Shown in pieces: positions 12,830 through 25,185 of a DNA stretch of 64,000 bases. Below the pieces are notes generated by a model that was given only the letters and a program-made list of their open reading frames with translations, searched no databases and was not told the DNA's origin. The first letter of the stretch is position 1. Each line of letters starts with the position of its first letter. Origin of the DNA: Glaucostegus cemiculus (lineage: Eukaryota). The position numbers were made by a program, and so were the translations under genes. Location: assembly GCA_976551045.1 (NCBI GenBank), contig CDPCPM010000263.1, forward strand, positions 4,092,001-4,156,000. Reading direction: 5' to 3'.

Positions 12830-13470
12830 TTGTATTTATTATTTATTTAGCCAAGCCAAGCCTCAGTGATATCAGATGCAGGTTTAAGTGCCAGCAGCCC
12901 ACCTTTGAGCTCCGTCAGTGGTCATTTGTTGATGATGTTTGATATCAGTTGGACCATTCCACAGCCGCGTTGAAGCTGGTTGGCTGTAGCCCATTTGGGA
13001 GTGGTTTAGAATGGGTGACCTGGCAGACCAACGGTGAGCGGGAACCCTCCACCTCACTTCATCAGCAATGTTGGGAGAGTGCAAGGGAGGTGATAAACCA
13101 TCCAGGAGGGTGAGAAACATCTGCATGGATTGGCAGCGGTGGGTTTTGATGCACACTACCTCCAAAGGTCACGGAAGTGGTTTACACTGATGTTATGATG
13201 AGCAAGCTATTAGATCCAAGGTATTATAGCCAATTCTGCATCATTACTTGCCATAACTTACCCAGACGTGGTGAAGCACCCCACCTGGTACGTTGGCTGA
13301 GACTGGCAAATTCAGTGTAGACCAGCGACCTCGCCTCCCCTTTTTCCAATCCATGTGCTGACACCTCCGATATTTTGGAGTGCATTCTTGAAATGTCCAT
13401 CTGAACTTTTGGAGCTGTTCTGCACCCAGGCTTCTATTGTACCAAATCATTCTGTTCTGCAACAGTCACT
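12830..13470 (-). mobile_element. Decayed Vingi/Ingi-like LINE 3' end
   Basis: Minus translation KWATANQLQRGCGMVQLISNIINK*PLTELKGGLLALKPASDITEAWLG* resembles the Vingi C-terminus (KWG..C.CG..QT..HI...CP....GGL..L....A..WL); followed by (TAAA)n tail. Confidence 0.5.
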
Positions 13471-13734
13471 GCCTCTGCTAGTGTTTTCCTCTATATAGAA
13501 GGTTTGATCACTGATAAATAAGTAACAATGAAGCAATCCATGAAAAAATCCAGTCCCTGAACAATTATGGTAAAAAATCCATCAGGTGCAAGAGGCTGGG
13601 TGATCCACAGCCAACACCTTTGGTTTCCACAGACTGATAGTCACTAATGAGAGCAAAATATCAGTCGTCAGTTAACTTACTGTTTCCCTGAAAACTTTCC
13701 TGAACATTCTCATCAACACTGGGACTACTACTTG

Positions 13735-14030
13735 CACAGTTCAATCCTGACTTCTGGTGCTGTCTGTGTGGAGTTTGCACGCTCTTCCCATGACCATGTG
13801 GGTTTCCTTGGGGATCTCCAGTTTCCTCCCACACGCCAAAGACGTGGTGGTAGGTTAATTGACTGCTGTAAATTACCCCCAGTGTTGGTGGGAGGCTGGA
13901 GGACCATGAAGGAATTTACGGGCATGTGAGAGAGAGAAGGTTACAGGGAAATAAGTGGGGGTGTGGGACTGATGGAAATGCCGCAAGAGCCAGTAAGGAC
14001 TCAACAGTTGAATGTCCTCCTGTTTGCTAA
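13735..14030 (+). mobile_element. V-domain (HE1-like) SINE
   Basis: GTTCAATCCTGAC B box, GTGTGGAGTTTGCAC, V-domain. Confidence 0.75.
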
Positions 14031-14254
14031 GAGAATACGACATGTAAGGCTTTCCATGAATAATGAGTTCAGGAAGTTCTCACACAGTTTCTGACCCCTC
14101 AGTGTGCAGTGGCGGGAGGACCTTATGCTGTGACTGTTCCAAAAGAGTCTTTGTATCAGATGCACCAGCATTAGTGTGTCCTTTGGCACATAGTCCTGTA
14201 TGTTGTGCCAGTCTACAGGGAGAGGTAAGATTTTTTTTCCAAGAGATAAGGCTT

Positions 14255-14645
14255 TTTTCTAAAAATAAACTTTATCTTTAATACATATAGTGAACGCAAC
14301 CAGGACTTCATTCGCTGTACCAAGCAATTCAGCACATTTCCTTGCAACGTATCAGCTTCATTAACACTTCATCCTGAAGCATTCTATCAGTGAAGTGTTT
14401 GACAGGTTGTTACTCTAGGCCCAGCCTCCAGGGTCCTGTAGAGGCAAGACCCCAGACTGTGGTCCTTCCCTACAGAGCCTTTGCAGTGGCTGCACTGAGC
14501 CTCAGTGCGTCCCTCAGCACGTGCTTCTGTACCCTGGAATGTGCCTTTCACTTACAGACAACTCCTTGAGCTGGAAGACCGACAAACTTTGGGCGGACCA
14601 AACTGTGTCTTTCACCAAGCCGATGACCTTCCAGCAGCATTTCTG
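14255..14645 (-). mobile_element. Tx1-like (L1 clade) LINE 3' end
   Basis: Minus translation CCWKVIGLVKDTVWSAQSLSVFQLKELS..HSRVQKHVLRDALRLSAATAKAL*GRTTV; homologous to 58230-58690. Confidence 0.7.
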
Positions 14646-14674
14646 TCACACTTTTCACTTCCCTTTCATGTCAC

Positions 14675-15060
14675 CACAAAGCACGTTACAGCTGATGAAG
14701 TATCTTCTGCAGTGCAGTCATTGTAGGAAGCACAGCAAGATCCCACAAGCAAGGATGTCATAATCACCAGGTCATCTCTATTTTTTTCCTGTGCTGTTGG
14801 TGGAGGGATAAATATCTTCTGGGAAGCTGGGAATAGCTCTCCTACTACTCTTCAAAGTAAAGCCATGGAATGGCTCTCCTACTACTCTTCATGTAAAGCC
14901 AACTTGATGGAGAAGTTGAAAGTCTCTCCAAAGAGAGACACCTTCAACAGTGGAGAACTCCCTTGGTATCGTACCGCTAAGTTACACTAGATTTTTGTTC
15001 TCAGACCTCCAGAGAGGGACTTGAACTCACAACTTTCTGATTCAGAGCTATGAGAACTAC
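14675..15060 (-). mobile_element. Deu-domain SINE (SacSINE1/AmnSINE-like) relic
   Basis: CACAGCAAGATCCCAC, GTTGG.GGAGGGATAAATAT, CTCTTCAAAGTA.AGCCATGG, and GGACTTGAACTCAC (B box reverse complement). Confidence 0.6.
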
Positions 15061-15804
15061 TTATGTGCTGCTGAGGTTTAGTGGGTGAGGGTAGGGTATG
15101 GTGTACCCAACTCTCTGATTCCACAGGGATGATCTGCCTTGCGTTTCCACACCAGTTCCAGGAATTTAAATGAGCATTTCAAGAATGCACTTCAAAATGC
15201 TAATTCAATCGCTTTCAGCACTCAACAGAGTTAACAGCAAAGCGATCAGGGAGTTTCCACAGTTGACTGCCCTCCTACGCTGAGCTAGCTGATCTCAGTT
15301 TGTGGAGTTCAAGGAGGGGGGCATCAAAGGCCTCAGTGAACACTGCTGATGAATGCCGGCCTGTGGACACCTGCCAAACAGGGTTCCAGGGTTGGCCGTA
15401 AAGCCCAATGATCCTACAGCTTGCTGCTATTTCCTTCTTAGAGATAGGCACATTTCTCTCTCTCACTCTCTCTTTCTCTCTCTCCTTTTTTAACACAATT
15501 GGGTTTAAGTTAGGAGGATTGCTCAAAACAACTTTAACTTAACTGCATAAGAAGTAGCAGATTAGTGGAACTTATTATAGATTGGAGAGTAAGTTCTCAT
15601 TGTTTGGGTGAATATTTGTAAAATTTAAAGATTTTGTTTGAATTGTTCATTATTTTTCTAATTGAATATCTTGATGACATTACATCGTGTTATTAGAGAA
15701 GTTCAGCTTACTTAACATGTTTAAGTTTAGAAGTTTTATTCACTACTCCATTCCAAACTCATATCTTGGCTTTAAGTTTAACTGCTTTGCTCCTGTTCTT
15801 TAAC

Positions 15805-15936
15805 TTTTTTTAAAGATTTTATTTACAGCGTGGTAACAGGCCCTTTTGGCCCAACAAGTCCACGCCACCCATTTTAAACCCCCAAATTAACCTACCTGTA
15901 CGTCTTTCAGAATGTGGGAGGAAACTGGAGCACCCA
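15805..15936 (-). mobile_element. SINE family B, 5' truncated
   Basis: Matches the 3' half of 4495-4787. Confidence 0.85.
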
Positions 15937-16267
15937 GTTCTTACTTATGTCTCCTTTCCCAACCGGCCCTGATCACTCACAATGCATTGTAAAATATTCA
16001 AACAATAGCCACATTTCAGTTGTATTGTTCCACTTGTCACCCGTGGCAAATTTCCGGCAGGGATCTCTGGGTGGTGATAAGTGCTGGGAGTCCTCATTCC
16101 TTCCTGAGGCTGGAGAACCAAAGGAAAAGTTATTCTATTGGGAAGGGATCCATCCAGGATGGGATCAAACCTGTGACCTTCCTGCATGTAAGAAAGGGAG
16201 ACCTGAACAGTGACTTTCCCAAGTTCAGGACATTCTTAAGCAATTTATAACCAATGAAGGACTTACT

Positions 16268-16735
16268 CATAGAGCAACACAGCACAGAAACAGGCCCTTC
16301 AGTCCAACTCATCCATGCTAACCAAGATACACATCTAAGCTTGTCCCACTTGCTTGCATTTGGACCCATATCCCTCTAAACCTTTCCTATCCATGTACCT
16401 GCCCAAATATCTTTTAAATGTTGTTATTGTACCTGACGCAACCACTTCCTCTGACAGCTCGTTTCATATACGTACCACCCTCTGCGTGAAGAAGTTGCCC
16501 CTGATGTCCCTTTAAATTTATCTCCCTCACCTTAAGCCTGTGCCCTCTAGTTTTTGATTCCCTTTCCCTGGGTAAAAGATTGAGTGCATTCACCCTGTCT
16601 ATGTCCCTCATGATTTTATACACCTCTATAATGTCACCCCTTAGCCTCCTACACTCCAAGGAATAAAGTCCTAGCTAGCCTAACTTCTCCTTATAACTCA
16701 GTCCCACGAGCCCTGGTCACAGCCTTGTAAATATT
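16268..16735 (-). mobile_element. CR1 3' end
   Basis: Translation ECRRLRGDIIEVYKIMRDIDRV..SKTRGHRLKV; tail CAGGCCCTTCAG. Confidence 0.85.
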
Positions 16736-17099
16736 GATGAACTGTTGCCACTATTGTAAATCAAGGAACGTGGCAGCTAATCTGTGTACACAGCAAGAGC
16801 CCACCAGCAACAATGTGGCCTTCCTTAGTAGTAAAAGTGCAATATAAATGCAAGTTGTTGCTGTCCACATTGCCAAGTTGTAGCTGGTGCAGTGTGTTTA
16901 CCAGCCAAGAGAGGGGAGTGTTTTATTTTTCCAAACCGGACTGATGACTGCACTTGGACTCGATCTGCATCAATTGACAGTAGGGAGTGTTTGAGCTGAA
17001 GGAAAATACTTCCTCTTGGTCTATATTATTGCAATCTGCTCCTGAATCAACATACTCAAAGTAGCACCACCCAGATGCCTGGAACATCTATGTTTAAGC

Positions 17100-17400
17100 A
17101 AAGCTGACAAGATTGGGACCATAAGCACATCACTTCTCTGAATAAATGTTTACTGACGTCACGCCGAGACTCGGCAGACTTCACTCGTGTACGATTCTTT
17201 CCCATCCGCAGTTTCCTTTGAGCTGAACTTGAGATCAAACGCAGGTCATATTTAATAAAGGTGTTGGTCAACATTACGTCACCCGAATCACATTTCACAG
17301 TCAGATGGGCTGCTTTGCCCCTGAAGGCAGTGCAGTACGTGGAGCTATGCTTTGAGTCACTCTTAGTCTTAATAAGGTCAGCATGGGGCACAGCTACAGT
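17100..17400. promoter_or_regulatory. Candidate bZIP-motif enhancer
   Basis: Repeat-free, CpG-retaining segment with CRE TGACGTCA (17154), TTACGTCA (17274), AP-1 TGAGTCA (17353) and AGGTCA half-sites. Confidence 0.35.
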
Positions 17401-18142
17401 ATCTGACAGGTATTTAAGTTATTAAATGTTTGGGTCGTTTGCACCAGAAGCAGTTAATGGCAGCATCATCGGACAAGGAACGATGATGGAAGGTGTTTCT
17501 ATTTGAGGGGAAGGAGCAACAGAGGTGGAGGTGCTTGGGTGATGGGCTGGTGCAGTATACCCGGTAAGAAGCGGCCGAGGCAATCAGTACAAATGGATTA
17601 AATTGGCAATGTTAGTGATACCAGTTTACCAGTAGGAAATTTAAGTTACCTTGTCCCCTGCGTGGAAGCAGGTGATCAGGTGAAGCTACTGCACTACTGA
17701 TAGCAAAATATGCAAATTTAACAGAGGAAGTGTTGAACTTTTCAAAACCACCTCCTCCCCCTTGCTTCCCACTCTCTCTTTCATTTATTTCCTCGCTTGC
17801 AATTCCCCTCCTTCATAACCACCACTTGTCTCGGGATCCGTTGACTGTTTCTCATGTTACGTTTGCTCTTCCCTCTGTTCTTGACTTTGCCGTTCCTTCC
17901 TTCTGTGTCTCTCCCACAGCCATTCCTTTCTTTTCTAATCGCCTCTCTGCTCCTTTCTGTCTGCCGTTCTTGCCTGGAGAACGGGAGCGGTGTTGAGGCA
18001 CCAACCACCGTTGGTCATTGGCAGTCACCCTCACACCAACACCCCCCCAACCCCAGTTCTAACTCTGGTTCTGCTCAAGGGTTTCTGCTCTGCACAAGGT
18101 CCTGGCTGAAACTGTGCTGGCTGAACCATGGTGAAATAAAGT

Positions 18143-18432
18143 AATACAGCACGGGGACAGGTCTGTCTGCCCAACTCGTCCATGACAACCAAGTTGCCTA
18201 CTTGAGCTAGTCCCATTTGCCTGCGTTTGGCCCATATCCTTCTAAACTTCTCTTATCAATGTCTTTTAAACATTGTAATTGTACCTGCCTCTACAGCTCC
18301 ATTGTCCCTCTACCCTCCACCCTCTGTGTGAAAAAATTCCCCTTCAGGTCATGTTTAAGCCTTTTCCCTTGTGTTAAGCCCATGTCCTCTAGTTTTCGAC
18401 TCCCCTCCCCTGGGAAAAAGACTGTGACCATT
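18143..18432 (-). mobile_element. CR1 3' end
   Basis: Minus translation DLKGNFFTQRV; CR1 3' UTR GCCCAACTCGTCCATG. Confidence 0.75.
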
Positions 18433-18931
18433 CCCCTTCCTGCGGCCCAGCTCGGCAGCTGGTCAGCCATGGGCCTGATCTGTGACTGGGTTTGGCGGGG
18501 GAGAACCATTGGATTCATCATTTGGTAGGGGCCCTGGGGTAGAGGGTAAGACTCAGGCTGGGGATCGACTGACATCTGGAGTTGAGAATTGGGGAGGGGT
18601 AGGGAGGAAAGGACCGGCATTGTGTCTGGAGAGGGTCTGTGTCTTCATTGGAGTGGGCAAGTGAGTGTAGGACCAAGAGACGGACAGTTCAAGGGGAGAT
18701 GGGGAAGATGAGTCTGGCCATTTCTGTTGGGTGAGGAATTTGGTGGGGGTGGTATCTGGCAGTACAAAGGGGACAGGGGGAAATCAAAGGGTTGTGTCGG
18801 GGGCCTCAGATTGGGTAGGAGGATCTGTAGCAGGAGATGGGGGAACGTTGTGGGGAGCAGAGGGTCAGTGCAGTGTGTGGTGGGGAGAAAGTGTGGCTAA
18901 CTATGTAGATGCTTTGTAAGGTAGGACCATT

Positions 18932-19062
18932 CAAAAGCAACATACTGCAGATACTGCAAACCTAAAATAAAAACAGAAAATGCTGGAAGTGCTCAGTATT
19001 TCAGGGAGCATCACTGGGAGAGAAACTAAGTTTACACTTCAGGTCAATGATTTTTTGTCAGT
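18932..19062 (-). mobile_element. Penelope-like terminal fragment
   Basis: AAATAAAAACAGAAAATGCTGGAAGTGCTCAG..; decayed hammerhead remnant (CTTCAGGTCAATGA..TGTCAG). Confidence 0.5.
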
Positions 19063-19065
19063 AGA

Positions 19066-19497
19066 GTGCTATCGGGAGAGGCTGGACAAACTTGGGCTCT
19101 TTTCTCTGGAGCGGCGGAGGCTGAGGGGTGATCTGTTGGAAGTGTATAAAATTATGAGCGGCATAGATAAGGTGGACAAGCAATATCTTTTTCTTATTAC
19201 TGAGCGATCCAATACCAGAGGGCATGCATTTAAGGTGAGAGGGGGTAGGTTCAGAAGGGATGTGAGGGGTAAGTTTTTTACTGAGAGAGCGGTGGACGCC
19301 TGGAATGTGTTGCCTGATAGGGTGGTGGAGGCAAATTCATTGGGGGCTTTTAAGAGGGTCTTGGGTGGGCAAATGAATGAGAGGAAAAAAGAGGGATATG
19401 GGCATTCTGTAGCTAGGAGGGATTAGCTACATCAGCACAACATTGTGGGCCGAAGGGCCTGTTCTGTGCTGTACTGTTCTATGTTGTATGTTCTATG
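19066..19497 (+). mobile_element. Young CR1 3' end
   Basis: YRERLDKLGLFSLERRRLRGDLLEVYKIMSGIDKVD..TRGHAFKV..FFTERAVDAWNVLP in an open frame; (TGTTCTA)n tail. Confidence 0.9.
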
Positions 19498-21619
19498 AGT
19501 GTAAACCTATCTAGCCTCAGGGGACACGGTCCATATTCTCTTGCAATTCTCCAAAAGGGGCTGTGCACAGGAAATGACATCATCTCATGTATCCTGGCAT
19601 GACTGGGTCCTAAGAATTTCCTGACTGAGGTGATGCATCCCAGGAATGGTTGAAAACATGACCCATTCCAGGTAAAAATAATTTTCAATCTTGCAGTGCT
19701 GAAGAAAATGAAGTCTTATTTCCTGCTTCATTTTTTTTCACTTTAATTTCCCTTTGCCCTTTCTCTCTCATCTTTCTGTTCATTCCTTCTTTATCTCACC
19801 CACCTCTTCTCCTTTTCATTGCCTGCTTATCTCACTGAAAAGGCAAAATATGTTCTCAGGTGTTCTTGAAGCGAAGATGACAGAACTGGTCTCACAATCT
19901 GGCGTTTGAGAACCTCCCATTCATACGGGAAAACTTTGCCTAAAAGATAGTCACAGTGCACAAAACCCACAATGTCACTGGAAATTAAGTCAGTTCCATT
20001 TTTTGCTACCTTGCCACAGAGTAACTTCACTTCAAAGTGACTTAATTCACTAAAAAAATGCTCTTGGACATCCTGAACCACCCTGAGACATGGCATAAAT
20101 GCACGTTGTTTCTTTGTGGTTATTCTCCCCAAGTGCCAATTTATTTTCTTTGACTTTTGAGGTTGCAATCAGTGGACAAGTCCGACATCAAGACACCGCA
20201 GTCTGCCCCTGGAGAAGAAAGACTGAATGGATTTAACTTAATACTATTTCCTAAGGATGATAGTACATCCATGAGGCACATCCCAAAAATTGGTCTCTGC
20301 ATTCTAATCTAACTAAAAGATAATGTGAAGTTTTTAAGAGTTAGCTTTAATTTAAAAGTAGGTTAATCAATGGCTTGAAATTAAATGTCAAAATGCTTAT
20401 ATTTTGTTTATAAACTCAGTTCAAACCACACTTATCCAGCTATTATGACAGATATAGAGATACATTTAAATATATCCTTTTCTCTGTATTTGCCTCTTAT
20501 TTTTTTTCTCTTATTTCACTTCTTTTGTCTCCCTCTGCTACATTTCTTCTCTTGTTATCTCTTTGGCTCATTACATCGTCTTCCACACTGTTTCCCTTGT
20601 ACACTTTCTCTCCTCTCAAATGATTTACAGCTCCTTAAACATACAGTTCAAACTTAGTAAGTGCTACACACTTGAACCTGGAGTTACCTTTGGCTTTCAA
20701 ATCTTGTTAAAGGTTTCATTTTTAATGTTTTTAAAACACTGAGTTTTAAAATGTTGATTGATGATGGTGGTTCAGGCAAATTTTTCATTTGGCGATAGCC
20801 AAATGAGTTTAAACAGAAGTGGAATCACAAAATCTCTAGATTATTACCTGAGCCACATGCAAATTTTCATGGTGTCAATAATATTTGAGAGCTGAATGTG
20901 TGGCTCAACGATTAGCAAGGGAGAAATGGGTTTTAGTTCACTACTGGGAAGAAAGGGAGTTGTTCTGTTAGCATGGACTTTGCTTAAATTAGTCTGGGAC
21001 CATTGTCCTAACAAATGGAGTAACTAGGGCTGTGGGTAAGGTTCTAAACTAAATTGTAGTGAAAGATTTTTAGAAAGGGGAAATTTATAAAGATAAACAG
21101 TCAAGGCAATTCTGCAGAGTTAAAGTTTCAGGTCAAAACTCTCTCTCTCTGTCTCTTTACAGACGCTGCTACATCTGATAAGTACTTTCAGCATCCGCCG
21201 CCTTTTGATTTTCAATTGATGCAAATAAGGAAGGAGCAGCGCAGCCAAACATGTGAGGATATGTTCAATTCCTGTCAGAGTGGGGGACATTAGTGAAAAG
21301 GCCTAATATAAGGCTCTTTATCTGAATGCGCACAGCACTCATAACAAGGTACATGGATTAGTGGTAGAAATGGAAATAAATGGCTATGATGTAATGAGAA
21401 GGTGTGGTTGTGAAGTGATCAAAATCTGGGATTAAGTATCAAAAGATATTTAACTTTTAGTAGAGACAGATAAAATGGAAAATCATGATTAAAAATGATT
21501 GGATAAAGGTAGTGGAGAGAAAGAATCTTAGTTTGGAAAATCAAGAAGTAAGATTAGTTTGAATGGAGCTACAAAACAGCAAGGAGGAAAGAAATAACTA
21601 CTGGGATTTTTATGCATTT

Positions 21620-21878
21620 GGTTCTTGAACCAACTGGCAAAACCATAATCATTACAGTTTAGCAACACCATGACCACTTCGATTACTTTGCACTAGAAAG
21701 GACTTTGCTTTTTGTTCTAATTGTGCTCTTTCTTGTAAAATCGTGTATAATTTATGTTTTTCTTGTGAATGTTGTGTCTCTGATGCTATGTGCCTGTGAT
21801 GCTGCTGCAAGTGTATTTTTTCCATTGCACCTGTGTACACCTGTACTTATGCATGTATTAATAAACTCAACTTTGACT
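21620..21878 (+). mobile_element. Rex1/Babar 3' UTR inserted in CR1
   Basis: Homologous to 31098-31357, which directly follows a Rex1/Babar RT peptide. Confidence 0.75.
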
Positions 21879-21978
21879 CTATACAGGTCCCCAAACAGTA
21901 GCGGTAATGCAATAGTAAATTAAAAGATCAGGAAATTAGAAGCACAATTAATTAGGTAATATAATAATCATGGGCGTA

Positions 21979-22229
21979 CAAGTATCCCTTTATTTGCAAG
22001 TGCTTGATTTGTGAATTTTCATTATAATGCCTTTTATTTTTTGGGGTACGGATCTTCGATTTACAAGGCAATTTTCTCTATGACAAGTAGTACACCACAC
22101 TCTGTATGTTGGAATATACTCTGCCAAAATTCCCATAACCTATTTCACCTACACTTTTTAATTTGCAAAATTTTGCTTAAGGGAGCATTTTCCAGGAATG
22201 TATCCCTTTCATAAATTGAGAAATGGCTG
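21979..22229. mobile_element. Tigger/Tc1-mariner-type MITE
   Basis: TA on both sides; decayed termini CAAGTATCCC.. and ..GGAATGTATCCC..GAGAAATGGCTG; interrupts the CR1 IMG/IDW motif. Confidence 0.45.
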
Positions 22230-24394
22230 TATAGACTGGACAGGTCAAATCAGAGACAGCGTGGAGGATGAATTCATGCAGCACATGAGAGATGTTTTTC
22301 TAGATCAGTAATTTATAATGAATAAATGTCCTTTTAAGGCACAAAAACCCATCAGGTAACTGACCCATCCAAGGCTAACAAAGGTAGTTAAAGAAAGGAT
22401 TTGATCAAAGGAAAAGTCTTTTAATGTTGCCATAAAGTATAGTAAGACTGAGTATTTGGAAATTTTTAAAGTTTAGCAAAGGACCATCAAGGAATTAGTA
22501 AGGAAAAAGAAAGTAGTAGCTGTGTGTAACCTGGTGAGAAACATAAAAATCCAACAAGAAAGGCTTCTGTACATACAGTACGTAAAAGGTGAAAGACTGG
22601 TGAAAGTTAATGTTGATCCCTTACAATGTGAGACAAGGAGAATCATACTGGCTAATAAGGAAATGGCAAAGAGATTAAACATTTCTCTTGTTCCCTCTTC
22701 ATGGAAATCTCCTGGGAATAGTGGAGGACAACCGGTGCAGTGTGAATGAGGAGCTGGAAGAAATTAGCACTAATAACAAAATGTACTGGAGAAATTAATG
22801 GGAACGAAAGATAAAAAACTTTTCGAAGCAGAGGTGGTTTGTGCCAGATTTGCTAACTGTGAACAGAGGCAATGCTACTGCATTGAATTTCATCAAGGTA
22901 ACAATTGCCTTGCAACAAAATAACATGCGCTTTAAATGCATCTCTCTTTTGAACAGGTTTTTAGAAACCCATTTATTTGCAACCACCCCCATCTAAGAGG
23001 CCAGACAGATCCTCTGACGGGATAGAAGGTCTTCAAGAGGGAGTCCTTTTCTTGGTTATGAGCAGTGAGCATAGTTGGAGGGTGGATGAAAATGGCAGCT
23101 CCAGAATCTCGTCAACAACTCAGTCCAAGAGTTCACTAAGGAGCCCTGAGTTTAAGCTCGAGGTGCAGAATGTCGGCCCGTGGATATGAATTAGGATAAC
23201 AGAGTGCCTGGAGAGTAAATGATAAAGAAATCCTGGCGTTGATCACAGTAAGCTGATAACGCACGGTTATAATCACCGAGCAATCAGACAGATGCTAAAG
23301 TTTTCAGGTGAATGTCCCAATTTGGCTTTGCAGAAGTTACAATGTGCTTCATAACTGAGTAAGCACTTATTGCAATGCGATCTGCCCTTTCATTTCATCA
23401 ACGTTTGGATGTGAAAGGTTAACACCTCCTGTGTGTTTTTATAAGACTGTTGCTGCTGCCAGAGGTTTCACCTCGAGATCAGACCCGTGAAAAGAGCTTC
23501 TGGGAAAATGTGTATCCATTAGCTCCCTGAAGGCAGGTGCCCAGTTTCCTGACCAAAGCATCCTGCCCATCCACTGAGAGAAATTAATGGAGCTTGAGGG
23601 ACAGTGATGGGAAAAGGCCAACTGAGACGACACCCAGCCAACCAGAGGAGCCGAGAGCAGCGGTGGAGGGGAGGTGGAGCAGCAAACTATCTCTGGGGAA
23701 GTCAATTAGCTGGATCACTCTAAATGTGTGGAAACAGAGCAAGGTCCAAATCACCAAGTGTGACAGTGCTTGTTATGCAGTGCCACAGAGTTTTGGCTTC
23801 AACATGCTATCAAATCTGACAGTTCTGGATCAGGTCACTGATTCTTAACTCCTTAGGCATGGCCTGTGTTGTCAGAGCTTTTGACTTTTAAGGAAGCAAC
23901 TTTGCCCACAAGTTCGGAAGTTTCAATAAATGTATATGAAGACAAGCTGTGGCACTTCCTCAGCCAGGGCCCAGTTGCTTACCAGGCTCTTCAATGCATC
24001 AAAAATGGAGCCACATTGAACAGACATTTTAAATTCCTAATCTTAAACAGAGAGAGACAGGACATAAAAAAAAATGTGACGCCAGAAGCAAGCTCGCAGT
24101 TCCTGACAGTCAGCAGACGAAAGGGAGAACAAAATGTTTCACTTAAATGAAACGTAAAAATTGCTCATCCTCGACTGTGTATTAATGGCTGTGGTGAGTC
24201 AATGATTCAACAGGTTCCATGTGAGAATGGAGGCAATGCGGACTAATTAAAGCAGCCTGCTCTCACCCCAGCCTTCCATTAATCATCTCTTCTTTTCTCC
24301 CTCCATAAAACCTGTTGGACCCCTTCACCCAGACTTATTTAAAACCATGAACTTTTTAAAGAGATCTCTGTGAAAAGAGATAATTTGACAATTC

Positions 24395-25185
24395 AGGCGG
24401 CATGGTGGTGCTGCTGGTAGTGCTGATTCCTCACAGCTTCAGCTACCCGGGTTCAATCTGGATCTCCGGCGCTGTCAGTGTGGTGTCTGCAATGTTCTCC
24501 CAATGACTTATGAGGATACTCTGAGCGAGCTAGGGCTTTTCTCTTTGGAGAGAAGGAGGATGAGAGGTGACCTCAGAGAGGTGTGCAAGATGATAAGAGG
24601 CATAGATCGAGTGGAAACGCAGAGACTTTTTCCCAGGGTGACAATGGCTAACACGAGGTAACATAATTTTAAGGTGATTGGAGGAAGGTATAAGGGGGGA
24701 TGTCAGGGGTAAGTTTTTTACACAGAGAGTGGTGGGTGCGTGGAACGCACTGCCGGCAGAGGTTGTGGGGGCAGATACATTAGGGACATTTAAGAGACTC
24801 TTAGATAGCCACATGAGTGATAGAGAAATGGAGGGCTATGTGGGAGGGAAGGGTTAGATAGATCTTAGAGGGGGATAAAATGTCAACACAACATTGTGGG
24901 CTGAAGGGCCTGTACTGTACTGTAGTGTTCTGTGTCCTATGTTCTATGTACTATGCGGGTTCCACCGCGTGTTCTGCTTTCCTCCCACATCCCTAAGATG
25001 AGCCGGTAGGTTAATTGGCTGCTGAAGATTTCCCCTGATGTGGACAGCAGGAGAATGGAGCAGAAGGGAGAGTTGATGGGGACATGAGCCAGAACAGGTT
25101 ACAGGGAAATAAGCAGGGGAATGGGACTGATGGGAATGTTCCAAGGGCTAGTATAAACTCAATGGGTTAAATGGCCTCTTATGTC
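24395..25185 (+). mobile_element. V-domain SINE split by a CR1 insertion
   Basis: tRNA head with CCGGGTTCAATC at about 24448; V-domain resumes after 24952. Confidence 0.75.
24507..24952 (+). mobile_element. Young CR1 3' end
   Basis: CTAGGGCTTTTCTCTTTGGAGAGAAGGAGGATGAGAGGTGACC..; (TGTTCTA)n tail. Confidence 0.88.

Larger units (their letters stand above)
21290..22810 (+). mobile_element. Decayed CR1 ORF2 N-terminal (APE endonuclease) region with nested insertions
   Basis: ALYLNAHSTHNKVHGLVVEMEINGYDV (CR1 LY.NARS..NK..EL..YD) and ATCATGGG..ATAGACTGG (IMGDFN..IDW). Confidence 0.65.

Noticed and set aside
20170-20310. Possible exon after a pyrimidine tract and AG
   Set aside because: No recognisable peptide and no convincing donor site; cannot be supported without RNA data.
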